Shown: positions 40,868-52,245, numbered from the stretch's first letter. The stretch: DNA of 64,000 nucleotides from Hydrolagus affinis (GCA_012026655.1 JAAILG010000009.1:1-64000), one strand, 5' to 3'. Notes: generated by a model from the letters alone, not told the origin. Program-made: numbers and translations.

Positions 40868-40931
40868 CAGTGCATTTGCTTACGCGGCGGATTTGTGAGC
40901 GTTTGATGCACCTCTATGATGAAAATGACTA
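40868..40931 (-). promoter_or_regulatory. Shared cluster upstream motif, copy B
   Basis: Coding strand: tagtcattttcatc...TCAAACGCTCACAAATCCGCCGCGTAAGCAAATGCACTG. Confidence 0.65.
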
Positions 40932-41937
40932 TATACCGTTAAAGCATCAACATTGGTATAAACGGTGGCACCCAGCGCGTAATGGTTAAAACAATGCGTC
41001 CAAGAAAAATGTTCCAAGGAGTTTGTTACCTGGAGAGATGTTTGTTTTTCCCTCCCACCCTAAATTAAACTCCAATTCATGTCACAACCAGAAGCTTGCA
41101 GTATAAAGCCGATAGTATGGAGGGGGCGCGGGCAGGAAGTGAGCAACTGTAAATGCAAGTGATATGTAGATATATATATATATATATAAAGCGCAACTTC
41201 ACATTAGCTATAGGTGTTGGAACTCAGCAGAAAGGGTTAAAAATGGCGGCGTCTCCTTTTACTGCATGCAATACCTGCGACATGGAATGACTAGCTATTT
41301 CACCCACAAAATACAGTCAATTCACTGAACGGTGTATTCTGTGAAGCAGTTTGAGACGGCTGAACGACATGATAAGGCGTTATATAAAATGTTATATAAA
41401 ATGCAAGGATTATTATTTACTTTTATAAACCCAGTCCTTAATCCAACCATTAATTTTGCCTGAAATTGAACCATATGCGTAATGCAGAATCATTGCATAC
41501 ATATGCGGAGTAAGGCTGTTAAGCTTTCGTTTCTAGTCACATTATGTGGTATGGTGCAAAGGATAATACCATTCATCTGATTCGAAGGTTATATAAACGC
41601 TGAGTGCTTGATGTTAATTCTAAAGTTTCTTCTTCAACCGAGTTATGAAATATATTCACTCTGATTTAGAAGATCGGAATGTATTTTCAATCAGTTCCGA
41701 AAAAAAGTCAATTTCAAAAATGTATGTGAGTTGTACCTTTGTTCCAGTGAGACCCAAGTCAAGTTCTGTTGGGCTGTATGTGTGTGTCAGGCATATATTG
41801 AAAGTGTACTCTTTTCTCAAAGGATCTACACACATTCTCACAGAGGCCGACCCCCCACCCCCACCACCCCCACCCCAACACACTCCATGTGAATTTATGT
41901 TTCTTACATAAGAAAATGCTTATCTAAAAAAGACTGT

Positions 41938-42285
41938 GGAGTTCTGTAGCTCGGTGGTTAGAGCAAGCGGGAGGGTCTGGGTTCCATTCGGTCAGCTCAA
42001 AACACTGGGCAAGTTTCCTTACTCCACACGTCTCTGTTCGCCTAGCAATGGGGAGGAGCCCAGTTGTTAGTCAATTGGTAGATCACTTTTCCGGGGGTAT
42101 TCATTCCAAAAGAATTTGGCCACTCAATCCGAGACTGTTTGTGGGGACTGCTCTTTCACTCACTGTTTCCGAGATGATGCAAGTCGCATTTCCACAAAAT
42201 CCACAATCAACCCTATTTACAATGTGTCTGTGAAGTGCTTTGAAAGTTCCTGACGAGGTGCTATATGAAAAGAAAGGATTATAAT
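41938..42285 (+). mobile_element. tRNA-derived SINE copy
   Basis: gtagctcggtggttagagc head with the shared body and tail; a partial second copy follows at about 42315-42430. Confidence 0.75.
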
Positions 42286-43095
42286 GATTTTTAAAAAAAA
42301 ATATATATATAATCGTGTAACTAAGTAGTTGGAGCATTTGCCTCGCAGACGAGAGACTTGGGTTTGATTCCCAACGGGGCAAAGCCTTTGGTAAGGTTCC
42401 TTACTCCACGCATTTGATAATAATCCCTCAAAGTAGATCTAAGGGAAATGTCCCAGAGAGAAAATTAAAAGCTGTCAACTTGTTTTTATTATTATTAATT
42501 AATTCATCAAAGAGTTACTGCTGTGTTACTTTATAGCCTCACCTCCCCCCCACCCCTCCCCCCTCTTCATCTATTGAGAAAGACGGGGGTGGGGGGGGGG
42601 GGAGAGAGTGGGGAGGGACCGGGGAAAGCGAATACAAACAAAAATCCAAATAAAAACTCACAATTTATTTATAAGATACAATTTATAACTTTTGATATAC
42701 TGTAATTCAATTTTTAAATTATAAGCATGTCTCTATAAGTACTGTATGTCCAAAGCTAAATACGATGGATCAACTAATTTATATTAATATTATGCTTTGA
42801 GACTTCTCATGGTGCTGGACCAAATACAAGAATTATTATTATTATTTATTGTTTTGTTAATCAAGTATGACATCTGTTTGCCAGATGTAACAAAAAATTG
42901 AAGAAGACAAACCTCGTGTCTCAGTTTTATTAAAGTAACAGCCCGAGGAATTGATTGGTAAATTGTTTTACAGAAGTAAATTAAATAAACGCCCTCATCG
43001 CCTTATTAACTGACTGTCTAATGTCACCCCCCGTATCCCGAGGACATCTGTACTTTGGAGGGAAAAGTGTCTAAGAGTTTCCTGAAGTCCCACCG

Positions 43096-43698
43096 CTAGA
43101 CTGACCCACAGCACAGAGGACAACATGGCTTTGGGGCTGGTGATACAGGCTGTAGTTTAACCCAATTGCTATTGGGTTCACAGGCTATCACAGAGGCAGG
43201 TTTGCGCTTATTATCTCGGCTGTCGCCCTTTGACTTGGAACCAGCTCCTCCTCCTTTCTTATTATCCTTCGAGTTCTGCGGGGATAAGTCCCTCACTGAT
43301 TTGCGATTCTCAGTGGGATTTTTGTGAGTTCTCGGCGGCTCCTGAAACTGTGTCTTGGAGCCAGCGTTCTTCCTGTTGGGCGCTCGTCCGGCTGCATACT
43401 TGTCCCCCTGGATGAGGATAGTGTCATCGTTGGGGACGGTCAGGATCAGGGAATCTGGATCCACGTCGTCGGGAAGGTTAAACTCGTTGGAGAAACCGTG
43501 AAAGTTATAGCTGATCTCTCCATTCTTGTTCTTGATCTCATCCACGTGTTGGCCAAACACGTTGACCCGACTGTCCCTGACTGTGGCGTTCACTTTGTGT
43601 GGGGATTTCCCATTGCGCAAATTGATTGCGACATTGTACTTCGGTGGGTGGGCGAAGGAAGCAGAGTGTAGTTTCTCTCGAGACTTTGGTTTTGACAT
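43096..43698 (-). CDS. Cluster gene C: ACD protein with basic tail ending PKPCCPLCCGSV (true start may lie in the N-gap)
   Basis: YNVAINL...VRDSRVNVFGQH...FHGFSNEFNLPDDVDPDSLILTV; frame is open up to the gap at 43745-43844; AATAAA (-) at 42926-42931. Confidence 0.78.
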   Translation of the reverse strand: MSKPKSREKLHSASFAHPPKYNVAINLRNGKSPHKVNATVRDSRVNVFGQHVDEIKNKNGEISYNFHGFSNEFNLPDDVDPDSLILTVPNDDTILIQGDKYAAGRAPNRKNAGSKTQFQEPPRTHKNPTENRKSVRDLSPQNSKDNKKGGGAGSKSKGDSRDNKRKPASVIACEPNSNWVKLQPVSPAPKPCCPLCCGSV

Positions 43699-45928
43699 GT
43701 TTCTCTGTGCCTCTCGGATGCCTAGAGATACAGGTTCCCGGGACNNNNNNNNNNNNNNNNNNNNNNNNNNNNNNNNNNNNNNNNNNNNNNNNNNNNNNNN
43801 NNNNNNNNNNNNNNNNNNNNNNNNNNNNNNNNNNNNNNNNNNNNGTTGGAAGAACAGAAAAATTATTGAGAAAAGTTGGACAGTTTGGGGGAGAAAAAAT
43901 AATGTGGTAAATATATTCACTAAAAAAAAGTTTTCACTTAATTTTAGCAAAATGATAAGTAATTGTACTGAAACTGGGGATGGTTTCACCGCATTGTCTG
44001 CTTCTGTCAGCCGCCCCCAATTTACATTGTTTTGTACTTCATGTTTAAACTTGCAAGAAAGGAGAGCTGTCCTTGTATATATAACACGCTGTTTTCACCC
44101 TTCCGAATGCCTTTAATGATTGGTGGTGATGCAGGGAAACAATTTATTCATGTTTCATGATTCTTTTTGTTTTTCACCATCGTGCTGGCCAAAGACGGCT
44201 GAACTAGTCAAAGTTAGTTTTGCTGTGCAATAATCTTGCAAACGCAAAAGCGTCAACTCAACCACCCTCCCAAGTCCTACGCCCTCCTCATTCGTCCCGC
44301 CAGCTCCACGATAGACAAAATCCAATGTAATAAAAACTCAGTCACTCATACATGTACAAATGCAAGATGTTTATGTGGGTCTGATTGTAACATACGCGAA
44401 TTACTCACTGCCGAGAATCTGGTGGTCGGTCCAATTTCGGAAAATAAGTAGGTGGACTGCTTCCAATCCCTTGAAGAGCACAGTCGCAAAGAAGCAAAGA
44501 AATCTAGTGATGAAAATATTTCTCTATAATTCAGCCCCAATGCAGCATTCCGTTTGCCACGTACTAATGAGTAAATCATTGGTATTTGTAACATCTTATT
44601 CATGTTGCCTTTCCCATTTGTTGTGTCCCTATTGATTCAGTGACATCAGAATGGGTTCATTGTTCTGTTGTGTGACAGGAGTCTGAAATGGTGAAGACTC
44701 ACAAACAAAATGTTGTAGTCATTTGGAGATGATTGCACCTCCATTTTTTAAAAAATACTGCATCAAATTTTCGAATTGAATACAATGGTAAATTAGAATT
44801 GACTAATGACTGAAGTCTGCCACATAGTAATTATGTGTGGTATACCCACTCTGTTTCATGAGAAAGGATAAAATATCTATATTACACATACCTAAGAATT
44901 ATTAAATCAAAAAAGGTTAAAATATCAGCAAGCCCTGTTTATAATAACCATAATAATAATCCTTGCATTTGATATAGTGCCTTATCATATCATTGAGATG
45001 TCCCAAAGAGCTTCACAGAATATTCTGAGTCTGCTTTCGCCACACTATGCAAGTGTTAGCCAGATTAAATAAATCAGATTCTCCTCACTATTAAGTAATT
45101 CCTGTATTTGAGAATATAAATTTGTTTGGAAGTGAGATTGTAATAATAAATAATGATTCCTGCATTTGGTACAGCAGCTTATGTTGGAAAGACGTCTCAA
45201 CGTGCGTCAAAGGATTTACTGTGAAGTGGAGTGACTGTGTATTTGAGGCAAATGTGGCAGGCTAATTGCGCACGAACAACCATGATATAAATGACTATTT
45301 TTTACTTTGAGAATTGTTGGCCAGGACATCTGGAGAAACTCCCTTTTCTTTTCAAATAGCCCAATGTGTTCTTTAACTTCCACCTGAACATGGTAACATC
45401 TCATTTGAAAGAGTGCACAGCCTTTTTTGCTGAGATTTGAATTCTGAATGACTTATTTGAGAATGAATGTGAGGAAACAAATCACTTATGTGTTTTTAAA
45501 AACACACTTTCAACCAAAAAGCCCTATCAGTTTTTGTCCTCTGTCTACTTTACTGTAAGTGTTTCAAAGGCTGATTGATATTTATCAGAAATAATTTCAG
45601 GAGCTGTTACTAATGTTATTTGTGATATATAATTATGGATACATGTGTAAATTAACTTGGAGAACTGAAACAAATATCAGACCTGCATTTTATTAAACGT
45701 CATTGACAACTGTTGTTTTCACTTCCAAATGAAATTGGTTTTACTGCACCAGCGGTTCCAGAAACGTTCTTTTTCTTCCCCATCATATATTAAATACCAC
45801 TCACGTCCATGTTGTACTTAATATTAGAAAGGTCAGAGTTTGCCTTCACCTTGTACTTAACTCTTGTTTAGGCTGAAGAGATTTGTATTGTAGAAGTTGC
45901 AAAATAACCTGTTGGGTTTCAAATAAGT

Positions 45929-48900
45929 TTAGTGTAACTCAGAGCAGCGGCACATCTTGGTATTTGATGACACAGGTGTTCTTTTCTTGTTGCAAATGCA
46001 TTGCAGCAGAAATCGTCCCTGGGAGCAATCATTTTCTTCATTGTCAGTGTCACGTTCCTCTGCCATAGATTCACTGGCTTGGTTGGAGGTTTTTAGAAAA
46101 GTCATTGGGCGTTTTGAGTTGGATATGGATTTACACTTGCAATGGATTCTTTGCGGGATGTTTGGTCGCCCTCGGCAATGGATTTTTGTATGATTTTGGG
46201 AAGTAGTTTCAGGAAGATATTGAGTGTTTTGTCTGGGGGATTTCACAGAAACCTGTGCACCCCCAGGTAGAGATTTCGAGGTAACGTGCACATCTTTAGG
46301 GAGGATTTTTATGAAATCTTGCTTGCTTGGAGTCTGTTGCTGCCTTACATTTTCTACATCTTGAGATTGGATTGGGAGCTGCGCATGTTGGGAAGATAAA
46401 TCCCCAGAAACTCGTCTGCTGTGAGAAGTGGACTGTGGGGCATCTTCCCCATCTTCATAGGCAGTTTCCGAGCGTCCTAGGCTTTGCCTTCCAACTTTTC
46501 TGCCATATTCTGATTCATGCAATCGCATTTCTGGGACATTTTGTCCATTTTGGTTAAGTGATTCCAGAAAACTTTGTCTGCTGTGGGGTTGATAGACTGG
46601 GGCATAACCCTTGCTTACAGCTCTGTTTTCTAAGAGATTTTGGCTTTGTCTGCTGATTTTCCTACCATTTTCTTGTACTTGAGGGTTCATTTCCAGGTTA
46701 CCTTGCATATGCTGAACTCCTCGTGTGCTTTCGGATGAAGTCAGTAGGTCCTGATTTTTATAAACAGTAAGTACCTGTATATCCAAAGGATCTTGACTTG
46801 ATCTGATGAGATTTCTGCCATGTTTTGATGCTTGGGATTGCATTGCTTGGACCTCTTGCAAATTTGGGATGTTCGATTGATGAGTACCTCGTTTGCTGTG
46901 GGGCAGAGAACCTAGGTCATGTTCCCCAGTTAAAGATTTTGGTTGTGGTGGATCTTGCCTTTTGAAATTCTTGCCAATTTCCTGGACAGGCAATTGCAAT
47001 TCTTGGGCAATTCGCCCGTTTTGATCATTTACTTCCCGTCTGCTTGGCATTGGAGTTGTGAGGGCAGAATCCTTATAAACAGTATGTGTCTCCAAGATAT
47101 CTTGGCTTTGTCTGCGGAGATTTCTGTTGTTTTTTGGTTGCATTTCTTGCTCAGATTGGAAGTATGATGCCCGAGTATTTTGTCTGCTGTGTTTCGTCTG
47201 CAGAGAAACTAGATCATATTCCGCAGGTATAGTTTTAGCTGGTATTGAAATTTGGTTTTGTCTGCTGCCATTTCCGCCATTTTCTGGGAACTGGGGATGT
47301 GTTGCTAGGATATCTTGGATGGATATTTCCTCAGATATTTGTTTACTGTGGGATTGATATACTAGGGCATATTTCTTACCCAAATTATTAGTTTGGAAAG
47401 GACCTTGGCTTTGTCTAAGTGCATTTAATCCAGTTTGTGATACTTCTTGTTTGATTTCTGAAATACTTTCACAGTATTTGAAAGGAAATTCTTGGGAAAC
47501 CCATCTACTGGGGGGTTCACTTACAAAGTCAAATTCCCAATTGATAGGACAGGATTCTGCAAAATCTTCTTTTAGATCTTGGCCTTGCCTTCTGACTTCT
47601 CTGCTGCTTTGTGGGGTTTGGGTTTCTGATAGATCTTGCTGATATTGATTGGAAAATACCTGAGAAACTGGCCTGCTTTGGGAAGAGGATTTTCTGGAGT
47701 GCTGCTTATCTTCTGTATTAGTGTGTACAGAATCTTGGCTTTTTCTGTGAGCTTTCCTTGCATTTTGTGAGATTTGGGATTGGGTTCCTGAAATAACTTT
47801 TCCAACTTTAGAAGCAGATTCCTGAGAAATTTGCCTGCTTTGCAAAGAAGGCTTTCGGGCATAATGCTTATTTTCAGAGAACATTTGCATCGGATCTTGA
47901 CTGTTTTGTTTTGGGACTTTACTATCATTTGGTGGGTTTTCTGATTGAGCTTCCGGCCGATCCTGCTGATATTGGAAAGAACTTTCATGGGAATTGTGTC
48001 GGCTTTGCAATTTCGGGGTAGATTGCTTATGTTTAGAGTTGGATTTTGGAAGATCTTGGCCATCTTGGCTGATAACACTCTTGACATATTGTGGGGATTG
48101 GGAGTAAGCTTCTGGAAGATCTTGCTTGGATTGGGAGGGACCATGCATGGCAGTTTGTCTGTCTTGAAAATCTCTCAGATGTGTTTTTAGCAGTACTTGA
48201 CAGTTTTGGAGATGAAAGTTTTTGGCATGTTGTGGATCTTTGCTAACTAATGCTGAGTCATAGGAACACAGGAACAGAGGAATATTAGAAATTAAATATT
48301 GCCCATATTGGGTTGTATATTCAGATAGACTTGGTTCAACTTGAGGATGGTACTCTGGTTTAAGTTCCTTGTGTCTAGAGTGGGTTTCCAACTGATTTGG
48401 GCTGTGACTGTTTCTAGAATGTTGTGGGATTTCGCTGTGGGTTTCTGAGAAATCTTGGTCATATTGGGAATGATATTCCTGGGAACCTCGTATGCTATGG
48501 TGATCAGACTTTAGAGCATATCGTTCATCAATAAATTGGTTCCCTGTGATATCCTGACTGTAGAGTTTAACAAAATATTGTGGGTCTTGGGATTCTAAGT
48601 CTTGGTGTCCATATCCAGAATATAATTTCCGAGGAATTTGCCTGCTATGGGGATGGACTCTTGGAGCATATTGTTTATCTTCAGTGTGAATTCCTATGAA
48701 ATTTTGGCTGTTTCTCTGAACATCTCCATATTGTGGGTCTTGGCTTTCTGGGAGATCATGCCCATTTTGAGTGGATAATTCCTGGGAACCTTCATGTTTA
48801 TTTTGAGTCTTATTTTGATTTTCCTCTGAGGAACGATTTGGAAGATAATTCTGTTGCTGGTGAGTGGATGACAAGTTCTCTTTGTGCTCTTCAAAAGAGC

Positions 48901-51900
48901 TTGGCTCCATGTAAATAGGCAGGTCCTGATTTTTAGGCTCAGGACTACCTGGCAGCGATTCAATGTCAGGTTTTGAAATTTTGGATTCTTTTGGAGTCAC
49001 TGGAAGAGCAGATTTTGCGATCACATTACCACTTTCAGATGGAGATTCTTTGGGTCGAAGTTGTATTGTTTCCTTACTTTCCCCATGGATGATATTCTTG
49101 GATAGTTTATTTTGAGGTGAAGGACCATTCTGTTGTTTCTCATTAACTAGGCTTTCCTCTGAGGAAAGATCTGAAAGATTGTCTTGTGGCTTATCACTGG
49201 GCTGAAAGTTTTCATTGTATTCCTCAAAGGGGGTTGGCGTCATGGAAATAGGCAGGTCTCGTTTTTCAGGCTCAGGGCTGCTTGATGGGGACTGACTTTC
49301 AGAGCTTGAATTTGAGGATAATTCAGGGCTTAATGGAAGAGGTCTTGTTCGTAGGCCATCGTTCCCTAGTGAAGATTTTGCAGATCCTGGTATTTCACTG
49401 TCTTTCCCATTGAAAACAATCTTGGAAAATGTGGGTTCCTTTGTGGGGGGTTGAATTTCCTTTTGTTTATGGAGATCTGAGGTTTCCTCTGAAGAAAGGT
49501 TTAGAATATTGCCTTGTTGCTCATCAGTTAGTGACAACTTGTCAATATGTTCTTCAGACAAATTTGGCTCCATGGAAACTGGCAGATTTTGAGGACCTGG
49601 GCCTTCCTCCAAAGACAGATTTGTTTGGTTGTTTTGTTGATCATTGAAGTTTTCATCATGTCCCTCAAAGGAATGTAACTCTATGGAAGTAGGTAGGTCC
49701 TGGTTTGGGGGCGTGGGGCTTCCTGGTGAGGATTCAGTACCATGGTTTAAAGCTTGTGATACTTTAGGCATCAAGGAAGATGATTTTTTACCAATGCTAT
49801 CACTTTCTGTTGAAGAATTTGAAGGTTTGAATTGTGATGTTTCTTTGCTTTTCTTGTTGAAAGGGTTCTTAGCCAGTTTGGGTTTCTTTTTGGACGAGGG
49901 AATTTTGTTTTGCTTGCTGAGATCTGAGCCTTCATCTGAGGAAGGACTTGAATGGTTGTTTTGTTCATCTTCAGTGGGTGGTAAGGTTTCGTCATGTTTC
50001 TTAAAAGAACTTGGCACCATGGAAATAGGTTGGTCCTGTGTTTCAGGCTCTGGGATACTTCTATGTGATTCAGTGTTATGGTTTGAATCTTGGGACCCTT
50101 TACCAGTCAAGGGATGAAGTATAGATCTCAGCTCTTCATTTTCAAGTGCAGATTTAGCTTTTGTAGTTTCTTTGCCTTTCCCATTGAAGATATTCTTGGA
50201 ACCCGTGGAGCTTTTATGGAGTGAGGAAATTTTCTTTTGCACATCAAGTACTGGGCCTTCCTCTTCATCTGCTGAAAGATTTGGAACATTGTCTTGTTGC
50301 TCGCTTTTCGGTTCCATGTTTTCAGCAGGTTCCTCAAAAGCATTTGGTTCCATGGAATCAAGCGGGTCCTGGTTTGGTGGCTCAGGGCTTCCTGGTGAGG
50401 ATTCAGTATCATGGTATAAAACTTGGAATACTTCAGAAGTCAACGAAGAAGATTGTGTGCCAAAGTTTTCACTTTTTGTTGAAGATTTTGCAGATGTTGT
50501 GCTGCTTTTCCTGTTGAAGATGTGCTTAGCCAGTTTGGGTTTCTTTCGAGATGAGAAAATTTTCTTTTGCTTGCTGAGATCTGAGCTTTTCTCTGAGGAA
50601 AGACTTGGATGGTTCTTTTGTTTGGTGGGTAGCAAGTTTTCATCATGTTCCTCAAAAGAACTTGGCTCCACAGAAATAGGGAGGTTCTGTGTTTCAGACT
50701 CTTGGATATTTTTATGGGATACAGTGTCTTGGTTTGAATCTATGGAATCTTTACCAGTCAAGGGATAAAGTGTAGATCTCAGCTCTTCATTCTCAAGTGA
50801 AAAGTTTGCAGACTTGACTTGTGTAGTTTCTTTGTCTTTCCTCTTGAAGATACTGTTGGAATCCATGGAGCCTTTTTGGAGTGATGGAACATTCTTTTGC
50901 TTGTCAAGTACTGGGCCTTTCTCTTCCTCTGTTGAAAGATTTGGAAGATTGTCTTGCTGCTCACTTTTGGGTTGCATGTTTTCAGCAGGTTCCTCAACAG
51001 CATTTGGTTCCATGGAAATAGGCAGGTCCTGGTTTGGGGTCTCTGGGATTCCTGGTGAGGATTCAGTACCATCGTTTAAAACTTGGAATGCATTAGCAGT
51101 GAGGGAAGATGATTTTGTGCTCATGCTATCTCTCTCTTTTGAAGATTTTGCCGGTTCGAATTGTGATTCTTTGCTTTTCTTGTTGGGGAGGATCTTAGCC
51201 AGTTTGGGTTTCTTTTGGGATGATGGAATTTTCTTTTGCTTGTCGAGATTTGAGCCTTTCTCTGAAGAATGGTCCTGAATTGTTTGTTCTTCCTTGGAAG
51301 ATAATTGGCTAGTTTCCTTTGAAAATGATATTGATCTATGGTTAGCTTTCTTAGCTTCATTTGGCAAATGAACAGCAGGAATTGGATTGATGGCAGTTGG
51401 TATACCTGTCAGGGATCCTGATTTGGAGGAGCTCTTCAGTGCCATGGGATCAGGTTTTATGGGCTCATCTCTCTCAGGTGGAGAGTGTGATTCATATTCG
51501 TCATTCTCCTCAAGAAGTGGTATTGACACTTTATTACCTTCTTCTAGGTCAGTTGGTAAAGCAGAAACATGGCTTGGGGTTGCAGAAACATTTGGAATTC
51601 TGCCTTCCAAGTCAACTATTTCTGGCTGGTCTTCAATGGCCCATTTGGAGGTTACTTTTTGTTGGCTTTCAGTTGTCACTGGTTGATGTACTGAGGGTTT
51701 TTCCGTAAGTGAATGCAGGGAAATATTAGTAGCTTCAGGCAACTGGTTTTGTTCCTGGTTGGTGGAAATAAAGTGTTCATTCATGGTAGTAGAGACACCA
51801 TGATCCATATCTGGTTGGTTGGTCATATTGTTTGTTATTTGTTTGTCAGTTGTTGCTGTGCTCAGGTGTTTATATCGAGTAGCTGTGACTGTGACAGTAT

Positions 51901-52177
51901 GACTACTAGTAACAATAAGGTTCAGAGTATCTGGATCTGTGTCTTCAGGGAGATTGAATTTGCTGTAAAACCCATGAAAGACATTTCTGGTCATTCCATT
52001 TTCTTCCTGAAGATTTACTGATTGATCTCCAAAGACATTTACTCTTCTTCCATTGATTGTTGAATTCACTTTATTCGCAGAAATATGTCCAAGATTTAAA
52101 CAGATAGAAAAATCTTGCAACTTTGTTTCATTGCTTCTTCTTTGCTTTGTATTATCAAACAGATCTTTTGGATCCAT
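45929..52177 (-). CDS. Cluster gene D: 2082-aa single ORF with N-terminal ACD and a very long repeat-rich S/Q/E/K/P tail
   Basis: 6.2-kb uninterrupted ORF with ccATGG start; FSICLNLGHISANKVNSTINGRRVNVFGDQ...FHGFYSKFNLPEDTDPDTLNLIV; internal repeats; AATAAA (-) at 45689-45694. Confidence 0.85.
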   Translation of the reverse strand: MDPKDLFDNTKQRRSNETKLQDFSICLNLGHISANKVNSTINGRRVNVFGDQSVNLQEENGMTRNVFHGFYSKFNLPEDTDPDTLNLIVTSSHTVTVTATRYKHLSTATTDKQITNNMTNQPDMDHGVSTTMNEHFISTNQEQNQLPEATNISLHSLTEKPSVHQPVTTESQQKVTSKWAIEDQPEIVDLEGRIPNVSATPSHVSALPTDLEEGNKVSIPLLEENDEYESHSPPERDEPIKPDPMALKSSSKSGSLTGIPTAINPIPAVHLPNEAKKANHRSISFSKETSQLSSKEEQTIQDHSSEKGSNLDKQKKIPSSQKKPKLAKILPNKKSKESQFEPAKSSKERDSMSTKSSSLTANAFQVLNDGTESSPGIPETPNQDLPISMEPNAVEEPAENMQPKSEQQDNLPNLSTEEEKGPVLDKQKNVPSLQKGSMDSNSIFKRKDKETTQVKSANFSLENEELRSTLYPLTGKDSIDSNQDTVSHKNIQESETQNLPISVEPSSFEEHDENLLPTKQKNHPSLSSEKSSDLSKQKKIFSSRKKPKLAKHIFNRKSSTTSAKSSTKSENFGTQSSSLTSEVFQVLYHDTESSPGSPEPPNQDPLDSMEPNAFEEPAENMEPKSEQQDNVPNLSADEEEGPVLDVQKKISSLHKSSTGSKNIFNGKGKETTKAKSALENEELRSILHPLTGKGSQDSNHNTESHRSIPEPETQDQPISMVPSSFKKHDETLPPTEDEQNNHSSPSSDEGSDLSKQNKIPSSKKKPKLAKNPFNKKSKETSQFKPSNSSTESDSIGKKSSSLMPKVSQALNHGTESSPGSPTPPNQDLPTSIELHSFEGHDENFNDQQNNQTNLSLEEGPGPQNLPVSMEPNLSEEHIDKLSLTDEQQGNILNLSSEETSDLHKQKEIQPPTKEPTFSKIVFNGKDSEIPGSAKSSLGNDGLRTRPLPLSPELSSNSSSESQSPSSSPEPEKRDLPISMTPTPFEEYNENFQPSDKPQDNLSDLSSEESLVNEKQQNGPSPQNKLSKNIIHGESKETIQLRPKESPSESGNVIAKSALPVTPKESKISKPDIESLPGSPEPKNQDLPIYMEPSSFEEHKENLSSTHQQQNYLPNRSSEENQNKTQNKHEGSQELSTQNGHDLPESQDPQYGDVQRNSQNFIGIHTEDKQYAPRVHPHSRQIPRKLYSGYGHQDLESQDPQYFVKLYSQDITGNQFIDERYALKSDHHSIRGSQEYHSQYDQDFSETHSEIPQHSRNSHSPNQLETHSRHKELKPEYHPQVEPSLSEYTTQYGQYLISNIPLFLCSYDSALVSKDPQHAKNFHLQNCQVLLKTHLRDFQDRQTAMHGPSQSKQDLPEAYSQSPQYVKSVISQDGQDLPKSNSKHKQSTPKLQSRHNSHESSFQYQQDRPEAQSENPPNDSKVPKQNSQDPMQMFSENKHYARKPSLQSRQISQESASKVGKVISGTQSQISQNARKAHRKSQDSVHTNTEDKQHSRKSSSQSRPVSQVFSNQYQQDLSETQTPQSSREVRRQGQDLKEDFAESCPINWEFDFVSEPPSRWVSQEFPFKYCESISEIKQEVSQTGLNALRQSQGPFQTNNLGKKYALVYQSHSKQISEEISIQDILATHPQFPENGGNGSRQNQISIPAKTIPAEYDLVSLQTKHSRQNTRASYFQSEQEMQPKNNRNLRRQSQDILETHTVYKDSALTTPMPSRREVNDQNGRIAQELQLPVQEIGKNFKRQDPPQPKSLTGEHDLGSLPHSKRGTHQSNIPNLQEVQAMQSQASKHGRNLIRSSQDPLDIQVLTVYKNQDLLTSSESTRGVQHMQGNLEMNPQVQENGRKISRQSQNLLENRAVSKGYAPVYQPHSRQSFLESLNQNGQNVPEMRLHESEYGRKVGRQSLGRSETAYEDGEDAPQSTSHSRRVSGDLSSQHAQLPIQSQDVENVRQQQTPSKQDFIKILPKDVHVTSKSLPGGAQVSVKSPRQNTQYLPETTSQNHTKIHCRGRPNIPQRIHCKCKSISNSKRPMTFLKTSNQASESMAEERDTDNEENDCSQGRFLLQCICNKKRTPVSSNTKMCRCSELH
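48830..51280 (-). repeat. Coding tandem repeat in gene D, about 330-bp units paired into about 660-bp higher-order units
   Basis: cttagccagtttgggtttcttt (KKPKLAK) at about 51195, 50525 and 49868; QDLPISMEP-like motif recurs about every 330 bp. Confidence 0.85.
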
Positions 52178-52245
52178 GGTTTCATTGATCCAGTTTTATT
52201 CAACTTGGAAGTGTATAATTTTCTGGAAATGACAAGATAGAAAAC

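Noticed and set aside
43845-43989. Hydrophobic N-terminal extension of the 43096..43989 ORF
   Set aside because: It is joined only through a 100-N placeholder gap, so the frame is arbitrary.
49644-51278. Repeated + strand ORFs (49644, 50172, 50814)
   Set aside because: Antisense shadows of the repeats in gene D.
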